Below are positions 46,494 to 55,596 of a stretch of DNA of 64,000 nt, in pieces (positions within the stretch are counted from its first letter, which is position 1; every line of letters starts with the position of its first letter). Origin of the DNA: a virus; IMG/VR virus record IMGVR_UViG_3300036828_001020, positions 5,180 through 69,179 of that record; one strand, given 5' to 3'. The notes beneath the pieces are model-generated. The model was not told where the DNA came from and made no database searches. It was given only the letters and a program-made list of their open reading frames with translations. The position numbers and the translations under genes were made by a program.

Positions 46494-46909
46494 GGCAGCC
46501 CTCGCGGGGGGTCGAGGCTCGAAATCATTTTTAGGACAAAAGGCGAGCTTGTCAGCCGAAAAAATATTCCCGCCCGCCGCGAGTCGGCACCCACTAAATA
46601 TTGATTATTTCCAAAAATTGGCCCGGGAAATTCGCCGGTCTTCGCTACCCTGGCGGGTGTGTTGAAACTGCTGCCGGATTTCCGGCGGATCGGCTCGGGT
46701 CACTTTCCACAATTTTTTATTATGCGACAAATCCGGCAACCGCCGCGCGAGGTTAAATCAACCGGTGCAATATTGTGCCGGCACCGGGTCACCATCGCGT
46801 CACGGCACCTCGTTAATAATTAATCGGGTTGACGCAGGGGAGATTATGTCAGGAATATTACCCGGGACCGCTTCTCAGGAACGACAACAAAAAAGGGGGC
46901 GATCGGGGA

Positions 46910-47587
46910 GTGACCACGACGCGCAGTGGTGGCGGCACGTTCCGCCGCGTCGAGATGATCCGCGCCGAGCTTGGGATGTCGCCGACCGAGTTTGCCCGGG
47001 CGATCGGGCTGTCGCCGCAGCGCTATGCTCGGATGATGCGCGAGGGCTCGATGCCGCAGCTGATCAAATTGGCGGCGCATGGTTTGGCCGCCCGCCGCCG
47101 CTTTGAGCCCGACCAGACATTTTTGGTGCGGATCATTGGAGGGCTCCCCTCGGTGATGATGCTCCAGCAGCTGCACACGACGACGATCCGCGGCATGCTC
47201 TATGCGCTGGTGCCGCTCGTTCATAGCCTATCGGAAGCGGCCGAGCAGGCCGCCCCGGAAACGGTCGGCCAAACCCGCGACAGCCCCGCCGCCGGCTCGC
47301 GGCACAAGCAGATCATCGATCGTGTCGTCGGTCTGCTGCGCTCCCATCGTTGCGACGGGGGCGAGCAGCGGCCGGCCGAGCTGCTCGACGCGCTGGAGGC
47401 CGAGGGCGGCTGGTTTGACCAGGCTCAGCCGCGGGCTCAGCGGCTGACCTATTTGACCGGGATCTTGTGGCATGAGCAGCGCCGCCCCGATGCCCGGCTG
47501 GCCGTGCACCAGCGCGGTCACTATAGGTTGGCCAATGGCGAGCTCGCCGGCGACGACGACGATGACGACCTCAGCGAGGAGGACTAA
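46910..47587 (+). CDS. XRE HTH regulator with C-terminal wHTH-like domain
   Basis: IRAELGMSPTEFARAIGLS; C-terminal RGHYRL. Confidence 0.65.
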   Translation: MTTTRSGGGTFRRVEMIRAELGMSPTEFARAIGLSPQRYARMMREGSMPQLIKLAAHGLAARRRFEPDQTFLVRIIGGLPSVMMLQQLHTTTIRGMLYALVPLVHSLSEAAEQAAPETVGQTRDSPAAGSRHKQIIDRVVGLLRSHRCDGGEQRPAELLDALEAEGGWFDQAQPRAQRLTYLTGILWHEQRRPDARLAVHQRGHYRLANGELAGDDDDDDLSEED

Positions 47588-47599
47588 TGGGCGAGCTGG

Positions 47600-47827
47600 T
47601 CACCGCGGCGCTGGGCCCGTGGGAACATATCTGGAGTTGCCCCGATTGCGGCAAGCGCGATTGGCATTTTGGCCTTTCTCTGCCTTCCGCTGGTCGCCGA
47701 AGCGAGCGAGCGCCTCCCGCAGGCTTAACCGCAGCGCCAGATCGTCGTCTCGTGTCAGAACCTCAAGAATTCTGGCGATCTGCTCTCGCGTAAGCTGGAT
47801 TGAAACGCGCTTTCGTCTGCTGCTCAT
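47600..47827 (-). CDS. Hypothetical protein
   Basis: GGAGG SD. Confidence 0.45.
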   Translation of the reverse strand: MSSRRKRVSIQLTREQIARILEVLTRDDDLALRLSLREALARFGDQRKAEKGQNANRACRNRGNSRYVPTGPAPR

Positions 47828-48013
47828 CTCTCTGCCTCCAGCAAGCGGCGCAGCATTTCCTAGAGTTCGACCTTGGGGGCGTCGGTGACGGAGCCCCGAT
47901 CTTCGCCATTACGCCGTCGATGTAGGCGTTGAACTTCTCAAGTTCAGCCGCAAGCTTTTCGATGTAGCCGACTTTGGCGCCGGCGGGATGATCCAGCGGC
48001 CGCCCAAGCGCGA

Positions 48014-48796
48014 TTAAGCGGCTGGTCGGGGATCTGCGGGCGGCGGCGGTGGTGCGTCGTCGCGCAGATCAAAGATCAGCTTGGTTCGATCACCGGACGC
48101 CCGATCAATCAGCCAGGCCAGCTTCTCCTCCTCGCCGCTCGCGGCACTGTCGGCGCGGTTGGCATTGACGCGCTTCATGCCGACATGCAGCTCATACTGG
48201 CGGATCGTGCAGAAGCGGGCATAGACGCTGCGGCTCTTGCCGGGCACGCTGGCGTCAGGGAAGGCGACTATTCCATCGATCTTCTTGCCGCCGGCAAAGG
48301 TGAACAGCATCAGCTGGCCGTCGTCATCCTCGAGCTCGACGCCGGTTTCCTCGATGTCGGCATGGGCACAAAGATCACTCAGCGCTGTTTTGTCGGCCTC
48401 CGGCCGCAGATGCCATGCGAAATCGCTGTCGGCAGCTTCACGCATCCGCCCCAACAGCTCGCGAGCCTGGCGCTGCTCGCCGCCGGACAGCACGTCGATA
48501 TAGCCTGTCAAATCGTCGAGCATTGCGATCCGCGCGGCGGCGCGGGCCGCAGCCCCCTGCTCGTCATGGACCGCCCGCCAAGCGGAGCGCCAGAGCACTG
48601 TAAGCAGTTCGTCGGCAGCGTTAGCGACACCCCAAGTAATCGGATCGCCATGGGCCAGATCAAGAAACGAGGTGAGACCTTCCAGCGAAAAGCCGCCTCG
48701 ACCGTCCTTGCCTTTGATGTATTTCCGAACTTCGGTTTTGACCCGCGGCAATAGGCGGGTGGAATAGCTAGGTAGTCTGCCGCGGCCTCCGCTCAT
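48014..48796 (-). CDS. Hypothetical protein, partner of the ParB-like gene
   Basis: GGAG SD; overlaps the upstream ParB-N gene. Confidence 0.6.
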   Translation of the reverse strand: MSGGRGRLPSYSTRLLPRVKTEVRKYIKGKDGRGGFSLEGLTSFLDLAHGDPITWGVANAADELLTVLWRSAWRAVHDEQGAAARAAARIAMLDDLTGYIDVLSGGEQRQARELLGRMREAADSDFAWHLRPEADKTALSDLCAHADIEETGVELEDDDGQLMLFTFAGGKKIDGIVAFPDASVPGKSRSVYARFCTIRQYELHVGMKRVNANRADSAASGEEEKLAWLIDRASGDRTKLIFDLRDDAPPPPPADPRPAA

Positions 48797-49757
48797 GGTT
48801 TTTTCTCCGTGGAAATTTGATCGATTTGAGGATGTTGACTGCGTTTTGACCGGTGGCGATGCTCGCTGCCAGTTCTGCGACGCCGCCCTTGAAGTATTTT
48901 CGGAAGGCCTCATCGATTTCGGGATCGCCGAGCCAGTTCGGCACTTCGCAGACCAGCGGGGTATTGGTGATCGCGTCGCCTAGCCGAGCGTAATCGGCGA
49001 GCATCTGAAAGACTGTCTGGCGCTGCTGCTCCTGTTGTTTGTCGCTATCGGCGAGTAAGGTGCGGGCTTCTTCAAAGCTGATCTCGGCGCGATCGACTCG
49101 CTCGGCCATTTCAGGAGCCTTCTGACGCAACAGCGCCATGCCCTCGGTGCGCCACTCTTTTTGCCGCTTGCGCCCCTGCGCGGTTTTGTAGGCGGTATCG
49201 AGCGCTTGGCTGTTGGCCATGATCTCATCGACCAGCTCCGGCGCGTACTCGATGACCAGCTCGGCTTCGCTGATCCGCTGATGAGGAATGCCACCAGCGC
49301 GCGCCAGCCCGGAATGGCTGAACGGATTTTGGGGCGGCCCCTTACGGGCCTTCTCTGCCGGATCCGGCAGAGTAAAGGCCGAGGGTGCATCGCGCCGCAT
49401 CAACGCGAGCGTCATGGCGATCTGGCCGGTCGACATATGCCGGCGTGAGATGTTCTCCGAAATCGCCAACCGCACGATCTTGGTCAGGTCCTCGATGCGC
49501 TCAAAGCGCGGCTCTATCCCCGCGAGCTGGCACGCCCTAAATCGGCTGCGTCCGTCGATAATGCCCTCGACCACGTCCTCCTCGCTGATCATCTCGGCCA
49601 GCAAGATCGGATGTCGCAGCCCATTGGCTTTGATGTCCGCGGCCAGATCGGCGAGTTCGGGCTCGGTCATCATCGGGAACAGCGCGGCAATCGGATGCAC
49701 CGGCAGATCGGCGACCTCTGCCGGCGGCTCGGCTAACAACGCAGGCTGATCGTTCAT
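48768..49757 (-). CDS. ParB-N domain protein
   Basis: HPIAALFPMM..LAADIKANGLRHPI..IIDGRSRFRAC..SENISRRHMS.GQ. Confidence 0.85.
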   Translation of the reverse strand: MNDQPALLAEPPAEVADLPVHPIAALFPMMTEPELADLAADIKANGLRHPILLAEMISEEDVVEGIIDGRSRFRACQLAGIEPRFERIEDLTKIVRLAISENISRRHMSTGQIAMTLALMRRDAPSAFTLPDPAEKARKGPPQNPFSHSGLARAGGIPHQRISEAELVIEYAPELVDEIMANSQALDTAYKTAQGRKRQKEWRTEGMALLRQKAPEMAERVDRAEISFEEARTLLADSDKQQEQQRQTVFQMLADYARLGDAITNTPLVCEVPNWLGDPEIDEAFRKYFKGGVAELAASIATGQNAVNILKSIKFPRRKNHERRPRQTT

Positions 49758-49763
49758 CGCCGA

Positions 49764-50345
49764 TCACGCCACATGCGGCTGGCCGCCTTTGGGCCGGTTG
49801 CGGCTACCTGGCGGGCGGCCGCGCGGGCGTTTGCTGCCCGGTTCGGGAACCCGGCTCTGGGCCAGCATCTCGGCACCTTGGTGCCAGCCGCTATCCCACA
49901 CCTGATAGAGCAAGGTGCCGGGCGACCACGGGTTGCCATCGCGGACGTAGCCATGCAATCCGGCGGTGTGCCCGGCGTCGCTGACCCGGCGTCGCTGGTG
50001 CTCGCTGACCGCGGCGGTGTCGTGCCCGTTGGGCGCACCACCGGCCGGCGCCTCGGCCTCGGTGAAGATCGTGGTCTGAAAGCCGACGGGCTTCCCCAGC
50101 CACTCCATGTTGCGGCGAAATTCGGCGTCCTCGGCCTCGCGCATGTCGCCCGATTTTTCGGCCTCCTTGCGGGCGCGATCAAAGGGCCCGAGCAGAAACC
50201 CCGCCCCCTTGATGCGGGCGCGCAGATCCTTACGAGCACCAACCGCCTCGGCGACCAGCGCGTCGGCGGCGGCGTAGGCGTCGTAAAATTCGAGATAGGT
50301 AGAGCGAGTGACGTTGCCGCCACCGGATGAAGTTGGCTCTGGCAT
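49764..50345 (-). CDS. GapR (DUF2312)-like DNA-binding protein with AT-hook tail
   Basis: RKDLRARIKGAGF..REAEDAEF..WLG; C-terminal KRPRGRPPGSRNRPK. Confidence 0.55.
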   Translation of the reverse strand: MPEPTSSGGGNVTRSTYLEFYDAYAAADALVAEAVGARKDLRARIKGAGFLLGPFDRARKEAEKSGDMREAEDAEFRRNMEWLGKPVGFQTTIFTEAEAPAGGAPNGHDTAAVSEHQRRRVSDAGHTAGLHGYVRDGNPWSPGTLLYQVWDSGWHQGAEMLAQSRVPEPGSKRPRGRPPGSRNRPKGGQPHVA

Positions 50346-50546
50346 GAGGTCGGAAAGCTCCCCGGAGTGGCAGGTGGTTCGCTACCGTTACCCAAGACTA
50401 GAACCGCGCCGGGTCGGGCGACAAGCTGAATTTATCCCCAGCTTTGCCAACAGGGACTTATCAGCGGCAGGCGACGGCAAGCAGGCCGCTGATCGAATAT
50501 TTAATATTCTAATGGGTGACGGAATAAATATTATTTGCCCGCCGGC

Positions 50547-50581
50547 TTGCCCGGGGAATCCGGCTTTGCTAAGGTAACCTT
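50547..50581 (+). promoter_or_regulatory. Promoter plus operator
   Basis: TTGCCC-N17-TAAGGT; AAGGTAACCTT at 50571-50581. Confidence 0.65.
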
Positions 50582-50920
50582 ATGATGGCGATGGTCAAAA
50601 GGGTATGGATCGCGCAGTGTTTGTGCCCGGCGCGGCACTGCATCATGGCGACCGCAGGCGAGGCGATGACGCCGGCCGAGGTCGAAGAGCGGGTCACCCG
50701 CCCGCTGCGCGACAAAGTCATGAGGTGGTTGCTAGACGGTACAATAAACCCGTGGTGCGCGCTGTGCGACGCCAAGGCCGAGACCTGGCATTTCGAGACC
50801 GGGCGCACCCGCTGGGCCTCGCTTGACGACGCCCGCCCCGAATTGGAGAAGAACCAGGCCGAGCAAGCGGTGACCCGCGCGATGTGGGGCGACACCCATC
50901 GCCGGAAGCCCGATGCCTGA
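50582..50920 (+). CDS. Cys-rich hypothetical protein
   Basis: QCLCPARHCI..NPWCALC. Confidence 0.65.
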   Translation: MMAMVKRVWIAQCLCPARHCIMATAGEAMTPAEVEERVTRPLRDKVMRWLLDGTINPWCALCDAKAETWHFETGRTRWASLDDARPELEKNQAEQAVTRAMWGDTHRRKPDA

Positions 50921-51311
50921 TGAATCTTCTGACGCAGAAAAGGATGCGAGAATGCGTGTGTACACCGCTATCGGAGAGGAACTTGATCTCGTCGCTGCTG
51001 ACTTATTCGGAAAAGATTTCGTTCGAAGTGATGGCGAAACTGATGCCGCGTTCCGGCATCGCATGATCCGCCGCATGGCGGCGCGGTCAGCTCGGGAAAT
51101 AACCTGCCCCAGATCCGGGGAGGCGTGTCGAGAGGAACTGTGCGCGACATCGGGCTGGTGTGTGGCCGCTGGTTGGCCAAATGCGGAAATGAAGACAATT
51201 CCGCCTTTAGACCATTACCCGGAACCGCCGTCCGCGCCCGACAAAAAATACAGTTTCTCGGATGTGAACCCTTGGGTTCAGCCGGCACGGCGCCGCCGGC
51301 ACGATGCCTGA
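50913..51311 (+). CDS. Hypothetical protein
   Basis: Coupled ORF; GETDAAFR and a four-Cys cluster. Confidence 0.55.
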   Translation: MPDESSDAEKDARMRVYTAIGEELDLVAADLFGKDFVRSDGETDAAFRHRMIRRMAARSAREITCPRSGEACREELCATSGWCVAAGWPNAEMKTIPPLDHYPEPPSAPDKKYSFSDVNPWVQPARRRRHDA

Positions 51312-51486
51312 TGACGAGGAGCGGCAGCTAAGGATTGACCTGATGACGATTCAAATCGAGCGGTTGCGCCAGGAGTTGCGCATGGAGAGCCGCAAATTCG
51401 CGGTACAGGCGCTGCTCGCGGCAGCGGCCCTGCTGATCGCCGGCATCGCGATCGGCCGCTTTACCTGCGTGTTGTTCCATCCCTGA
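51304..51486 (+). CDS. Small coiled-coil plus TM protein
   Basis: IERLRQELRMESRK followed by a hydrophobic tail. Confidence 0.6.
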   Translation: MPDDEERQLRIDLMTIQIERLRQELRMESRKFAVQALLAAAALLIAGIAIGRFTCVLFHP

Positions 51487-51499
51487 TGCCGGCAGCCGA

Positions 51500-51733
51500 T
51501 CAGCTGTTGCGCGGGCGCCCGCGATGCGGCGGCTCCCAGACATCGGGGCGCAATTCATAGCACGGGATCTTGTAGAGCTTTTCGATGGTCAGGGCATGCC
51601 GGACCGGCACCTTTTTCCACTGGATGACGGCCGCCGCGGAGATCCCGAGCTGTCGGGCGAGCTTGGCAAAGCTGCCGGCGGCGGCGACGGCGATGGCGAC
51701 GCCGGGATCATCGCGCGGTTTGGCTTTGGGCAT
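51500..51733 (-). CDS. Cro-like (YdaS-type) repressor
   Basis: AGSFAKLARQLGISAAAVIQWKKVP..IE..ELRPDV. Confidence 0.85.
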   Translation of the reverse strand: MPKAKPRDDPGVAIAVAAAGSFAKLARQLGISAAAVIQWKKVPVRHALTIEKLYKIPCYELRPDVWEPPHRGRPRNS

Positions 51734-51771
51734 GCGCTCGGCAAATAAAGTAGCAAGGCGAGCTTAGCAAG

Positions 51772-52218
51772 ATGCCGCGTCAGCCCGCCCTCAAACCAAC
51801 CATCGCCGAGCTCCGGCGCGGCGGCAAAGTTGCCCATTTACCGGAGCCCGGCTATTTCCGGCTAAAGCGGATCCGCGGCGGGCCGTGGATTCCGGCGCTG
51901 ATCTGGGCCCCGTGCCCGATGGTGCTCGCCGAGCCGCGCGGCGAGCTCGTCGCCATCGGCGAGAACGAATTTACCGAGCCACCCGAATATTGGTGCCGGC
52001 CGGCCGATCCGTGGCGCGGGCCGCGCTGGCTGCGCGCGACGATCGGCGACGACGAGGTCGACCCCCTCGACGTGTGGCAATGGGGAAGCCGCATCACCGC
52101 GGCCGAATATCACCATCGCATGGCGCTGCGCGAATGGGCGATCCGCCACGCTCCGCAGCAGCCCGAGGCACTGCCGCGGCAGCGCGTCAACCTGACCCGC
52201 CAGCCATCGCTGCTGTGA
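51772..52218 (+). CDS. Hypothetical protein
   Basis: PEPGYFRLKRIRGGPWIPA..ITAAEY pattern of phage early regions. Confidence 0.65.
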   Translation: MPRQPALKPTIAELRRGGKVAHLPEPGYFRLKRIRGGPWIPALIWAPCPMVLAEPRGELVAIGENEFTEPPEYWCRPADPWRGPRWLRATIGDDEVDPLDVWQWGSRITAAEYHHRMALREWAIRHAPQQPEALPRQRVNLTRQPSLL

Positions 52219-52339
52219 GCCGCCAGACTTAATATTTTCGCCGCGCGCCTGACGCATAAATAAATATTCCGCGGCCCTCGAAAAACTTCAAAAAACGCTG
52301 AGTTTCCCGAGGTTTCGGTTTACTGTTATCCCCCGATTA

Positions 52340-52354
52340 TGATAAGGTCACCTT
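52340..52354 (+). promoter_or_regulatory. Extended -10 promoter plus operator
   Basis: TGA-TAAGGT; AAGGTCACCTT at 52344-52354. Confidence 0.6.
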
Positions 52355-52379
52355 CTCAAAAAGGGGAGATCACAGAAGC

Positions 52380-53210
52380 ATGCCAGACACCCTGGAAAGA
52401 CAGGACCAGGCGGAATTTCCGCGGATCCACAACCAGCCGCCCGAAGTCATCGACATCAATGATCCAGATGTCTTGGCCTCGCGGCTCGCCCGTGATTACG
52501 CCGACCAGGTCCGGCGCTTTGTCGAGCTCGAAATCGCCGCCAAGGCGTTCCCGCCGGGCGAGATCACGACCGAGGAAGCGGCCACGCGGATTGTCGACTG
52601 GGTGGCCCAGCAGGTGCGGCCGCTGACCGCCGAGGCCAGGGAGGATCACGACAAGATCAAAAAGCCCTACTGGGACTGCGGCAAGGTGGTCGACGCGTTT
52701 TTTCTAAACCGCATCAAGCAGCTCAACAACGCGGTCGGCCCGGTGCAGCGCCGCGCCGATTTGTACCGCCAGCGCAAGGAGGCCGAGCAGCGCCGCCGAG
52801 AGGAGGCGGCCCGCCGCGCCGCCGAGCAGGCCCGCCAGAAGGCGGCTGACGAAGCCGCCCGGCTGGCCGCCGACGCTCAGCGCAAGGTCGACGAGGGCGA
52901 CCGCCCGGCGGCGATCGAATTGCAAACCCAAGCCGACCAGCAGGCCGACCAGGCCGCGGCGGCCGAGAAGATCGTCAACGCCCCGCCAGCCCCGGTGCAC
53001 CTGCATGGCGACTATGGCGCGACCGGGTTTTCGGTTGAGAAGTGGGCCTTTGAATACGACGACTTGACCGAGCTGCCGCCGCGCTACTGGAAGCCCGACG
53101 ACGAGCTGGTCCAGGCCGACATCGATGCCGCGGCCAGAAAGGGCGAGACCCCATCGATCCCCGGTGTGCGGATCTGGCGCAACGACAAGTTCATTATCAG
53201 AAAATGCTAA
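52380..53210 (+). CDS. Coiled-coil recombination-module protein
   Basis: KKPY..GKVVDAFF and IPGVRI; directly upstream of RecT. Confidence 0.65.
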   Translation: MPDTLERQDQAEFPRIHNQPPEVIDINDPDVLASRLARDYADQVRRFVELEIAAKAFPPGEITTEEAATRIVDWVAQQVRPLTAEAREDHDKIKKPYWDCGKVVDAFFLNRIKQLNNAVGPVQRRADLYRQRKEAEQRRREEAARRAAEQARQKAADEAARLAADAQRKVDEGDRPAAIELQTQADQQADQAAAAEKIVNAPPAPVHLHGDYGATGFSVEKWAFEYDDLTELPPRYWKPDDELVQADIDAAARKGETPSIPGVRIWRNDKFIIRKC

Positions 53211-53234
53211 CCCCCCATTCCCAAGGAGTTCCCC

Positions 53235-54749
53235 ATGCCTGACGATACCGCTGTCATCGAACGCACCGTTGCCCCGCCAGCCCCGCCAGCGCCGCCGGCT
53301 CCCGTGGCGGCGACCGGCTTTGGCGCGTTCTCGATCGCCCACCTGCCGCTGTCACTGCAGATTTTGTTTAACCCGGAGCTCAACCGGCAATGCGTCTCGG
53401 TGGCCAATTATCTGTCCAAGGCCGAGGGCATAACGCCGGCGCATTTGCTGGGCAAGCACGAGGCCTGCTTTGCCGTCGTCGCGCGCTCGCTGACCTGGCA
53501 GCTGGACCCGTTCGCGGTCGCCGGCGCGACCTACCAGACGCCCGACAAAAAGGTCGGCTATTACGGCTCGCTGTGCCAGTCGATTATTGAGAACTCGGGC
53601 CGCCTGGAGGGCGGCGTGAGATACGCCCATTATGGCGATTGGGCGCAAGTGCGCGGCCGGTTCAAGATCGTCGAAAGGCCCAGCAGTCGCGACAACAACC
53701 GGGTGGTCAGGGCACCCGAGCAGCAATGGACCGACGAGGACGAAATCGGGATCGGTGTCACGGTCAGCGCGCTGATCAAAGGCGAGGCCAGCCCGCGCGA
53801 GATGAATTTCGACATGGCGCAGGCCTATCCACGGTACTCAACCCTGTGGATCACCGACCCGATGACGCAGATCCAATATACGGCGGTCAGGCGGTTTGCG
53901 ACGTCGGTGGTGCCCACCCTCTTTATGGGCGTGCCGTTTGACCGCGAGGATTACGACGATTGGGCCGATACACTGCGCGATGTTACCCCGGTACGCCCGC
54001 AGCTCGGCGAGTATGGGCCGCAAGGCAAGACCGAGCCATCACCCCGCCAACGAAGCCGTCGCCGGCAAGAGGCCGATGCGCATTTTGGCAATGACGGCGA
54101 GGATCCGCCGCTCGATCAGAACCCCGCGGCGCGCGCGGAGACTAGCAAGGTCAACCCGCCGCAATTTTTCTTCGCCGACGCCGACGGCATCGTGCATGAG
54201 GATTTTGCCTCGTTTGAAGAGGCGGTGGCCGACTATGCGAGCTATCTCGAGGCGGCTGCCAAGCAGGGTGAGAAGCCGCTGATCACCGCCTGGGACAGTG
54301 GCGCGCAATTGCTCGCCAATCTGCGCGAGACCGGGCACGACAGCGCGGCCGATGCACTCTCGCGGGAATATTCAAAGCTGGTCAGCGATCTCGACAAGCC
54401 TGCCCCTGGCGGGGAACAGGGGCCGCCAGCCGGGGGCGGGGCGACCAAGCCGCCAGCGGCAAGAGCACCGTCGCCGGCAGCCAAGAGCGCACCCGGCGAA
54501 TTGCCGCTCGCCGACCAGGCGGGCGGTGACCCTGCCGATGTCGAGGTGCCGCGCGGCATCCTGACCTCGCAGGGCTGGTTCCCGCTGGCCAAGGCCAAAC
54601 TAAAGGCGATGAGCGAGGCCAAGCGGCCGCCGACCGAGTTTGCGCTGTTCCGCAGCAAAAACGCCGAGGCGCTGCAGAAGCTCGAGGACGAGCTGCCAAA
54701 CTGGTGGAAGATCCTCGATAACGCGATCAAGGCCGAGTTCCGGCCCTGA
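53235..54749 (+). CDS. recT: RecT-like single-strand annealing protein
   Basis: PAHLLGKHEACFAV..WQLDPFAVA..TY..LWITDP..QI.Y.AVRRF..P..MGV. Confidence 0.75.
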   Translation: MPDDTAVIERTVAPPAPPAPPAPVAATGFGAFSIAHLPLSLQILFNPELNRQCVSVANYLSKAEGITPAHLLGKHEACFAVVARSLTWQLDPFAVAGATYQTPDKKVGYYGSLCQSIIENSGRLEGGVRYAHYGDWAQVRGRFKIVERPSSRDNNRVVRAPEQQWTDEDEIGIGVTVSALIKGEASPREMNFDMAQAYPRYSTLWITDPMTQIQYTAVRRFATSVVPTLFMGVPFDREDYDDWADTLRDVTPVRPQLGEYGPQGKTEPSPRQRSRRRQEADAHFGNDGEDPPLDQNPAARAETSKVNPPQFFFADADGIVHEDFASFEEAVADYASYLEAAAKQGEKPLITAWDSGAQLLANLRETGHDSAADALSREYSKLVSDLDKPAPGGEQGPPAGGGATKPPAARAPSPAAKSAPGELPLADQAGGDPADVEVPRGILTSQGWFPLAKAKLKAMSEAKRPPTEFALFRSKNAEALQKLEDELPNWWKILDNAIKAEFRP

Positions 54750-55023
54750 CCCCGGCAATGGCGCTGGCGCATGGCGGGGCGGTCAAGCCACCGCGGCGGC
54801 GGCGCCCGCGCTGGCGCCAGTGGTTGCGGTGCTGGCTGTGGTGATCAGTTCGGCGGCTGGGTGGGCTCGTCGGGTGCCGGCGCCGGCGCCTCATCGGGAG
54901 CAGGCTGGTTCGGCGGCTGCGGTTGCGGCTCGGGTTCCTGGTGCGGTTCCTGGTGCATGGCGATGCTTTCCAGACAAGAGAAAGGCCGCGCCCCTCCAGG
55001 AGGCGCGGCCCGGAACATGCTTT

Positions 55024-55596
55024 TTAGGGGCGCCGGACGGGGGTTCCCGATGGGGTCGGATGCGGGACGGTCGGCACGCCGACAACTACCCAGCCGGTGC
55101 GTATTGTCCAGGCAATTTTCCATTCCACGAGCGGCCGGAGGCCTCCCTCGATCGGTGGCTGCGGGCCGGGAGGCCCTTGATCGGGATACGGGTCGATAGG
55201 TCCTCCCCATATCTCCAAGGGCGGCAGCGGCGGCAAGTAAATCGGATGTGTTGGGACACCAGGCGCTATAGCGTCCGGTGGGATTACTATGGGATGACTT
55301 GGGGATGGCGGCAAGTAAATTGGATGTGTTGGGACACCAGGTGCTATAGCATCCGGTGGGATTACTATGGGATGACTTGGGTACACCGGTATATATATCG
55401 GATGACTTGGGACCGGCGGCGGTCCGGGCTCAATCGAGCCCGGCGGAATAATGACAATCGGGTGACTTGGGACCAGCGGCGGGCCGCCGGGCGCGATCGG
55501 GTGCTCAGGCCGGGGGCCGCCAGGCAGCGGTCCGCCGCCGACCCCCAACCCCGTCAAAAACGCCTCGCCTACGATTGTTACAGGTACTCCTGCCAT
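55024..55596 (-). CDS. Pro/His-rich repeat protein
   Basis: Seven P[S/T/E]HPI repeats; GAGG SD; followed by a terminator hairpin at about 54984-55010. Confidence 0.7.
   Translation of the reverse strand: MAGVPVTIVGEAFLTGLGVGGGPLPGGPRPEHPIAPGGPPLVPSHPIVIIPPGSIEPGPPPVPSHPIYIPVYPSHPIVIPPDAIAPGVPTHPIYLPPSPSHPIVIPPDAIAPGVPTHPIYLPPLPPLEIWGGPIDPYPDQGPPGPQPPIEGGLRPLVEWKIAWTIRTGWVVVGVPTVPHPTPSGTPVRRP
55229..55381. repeat. 78-bp tandem duplication
   Basis: Two near-identical units starting at 55229 and 55307. Confidence 0.9.

Noticed and set aside
50917-51360. Additional hammerhead cores (CTGATGA at about 50918, 51308 and 51340)
   Set aside because: No paired stem II followed by GAAA, and they lie within coding junctions.
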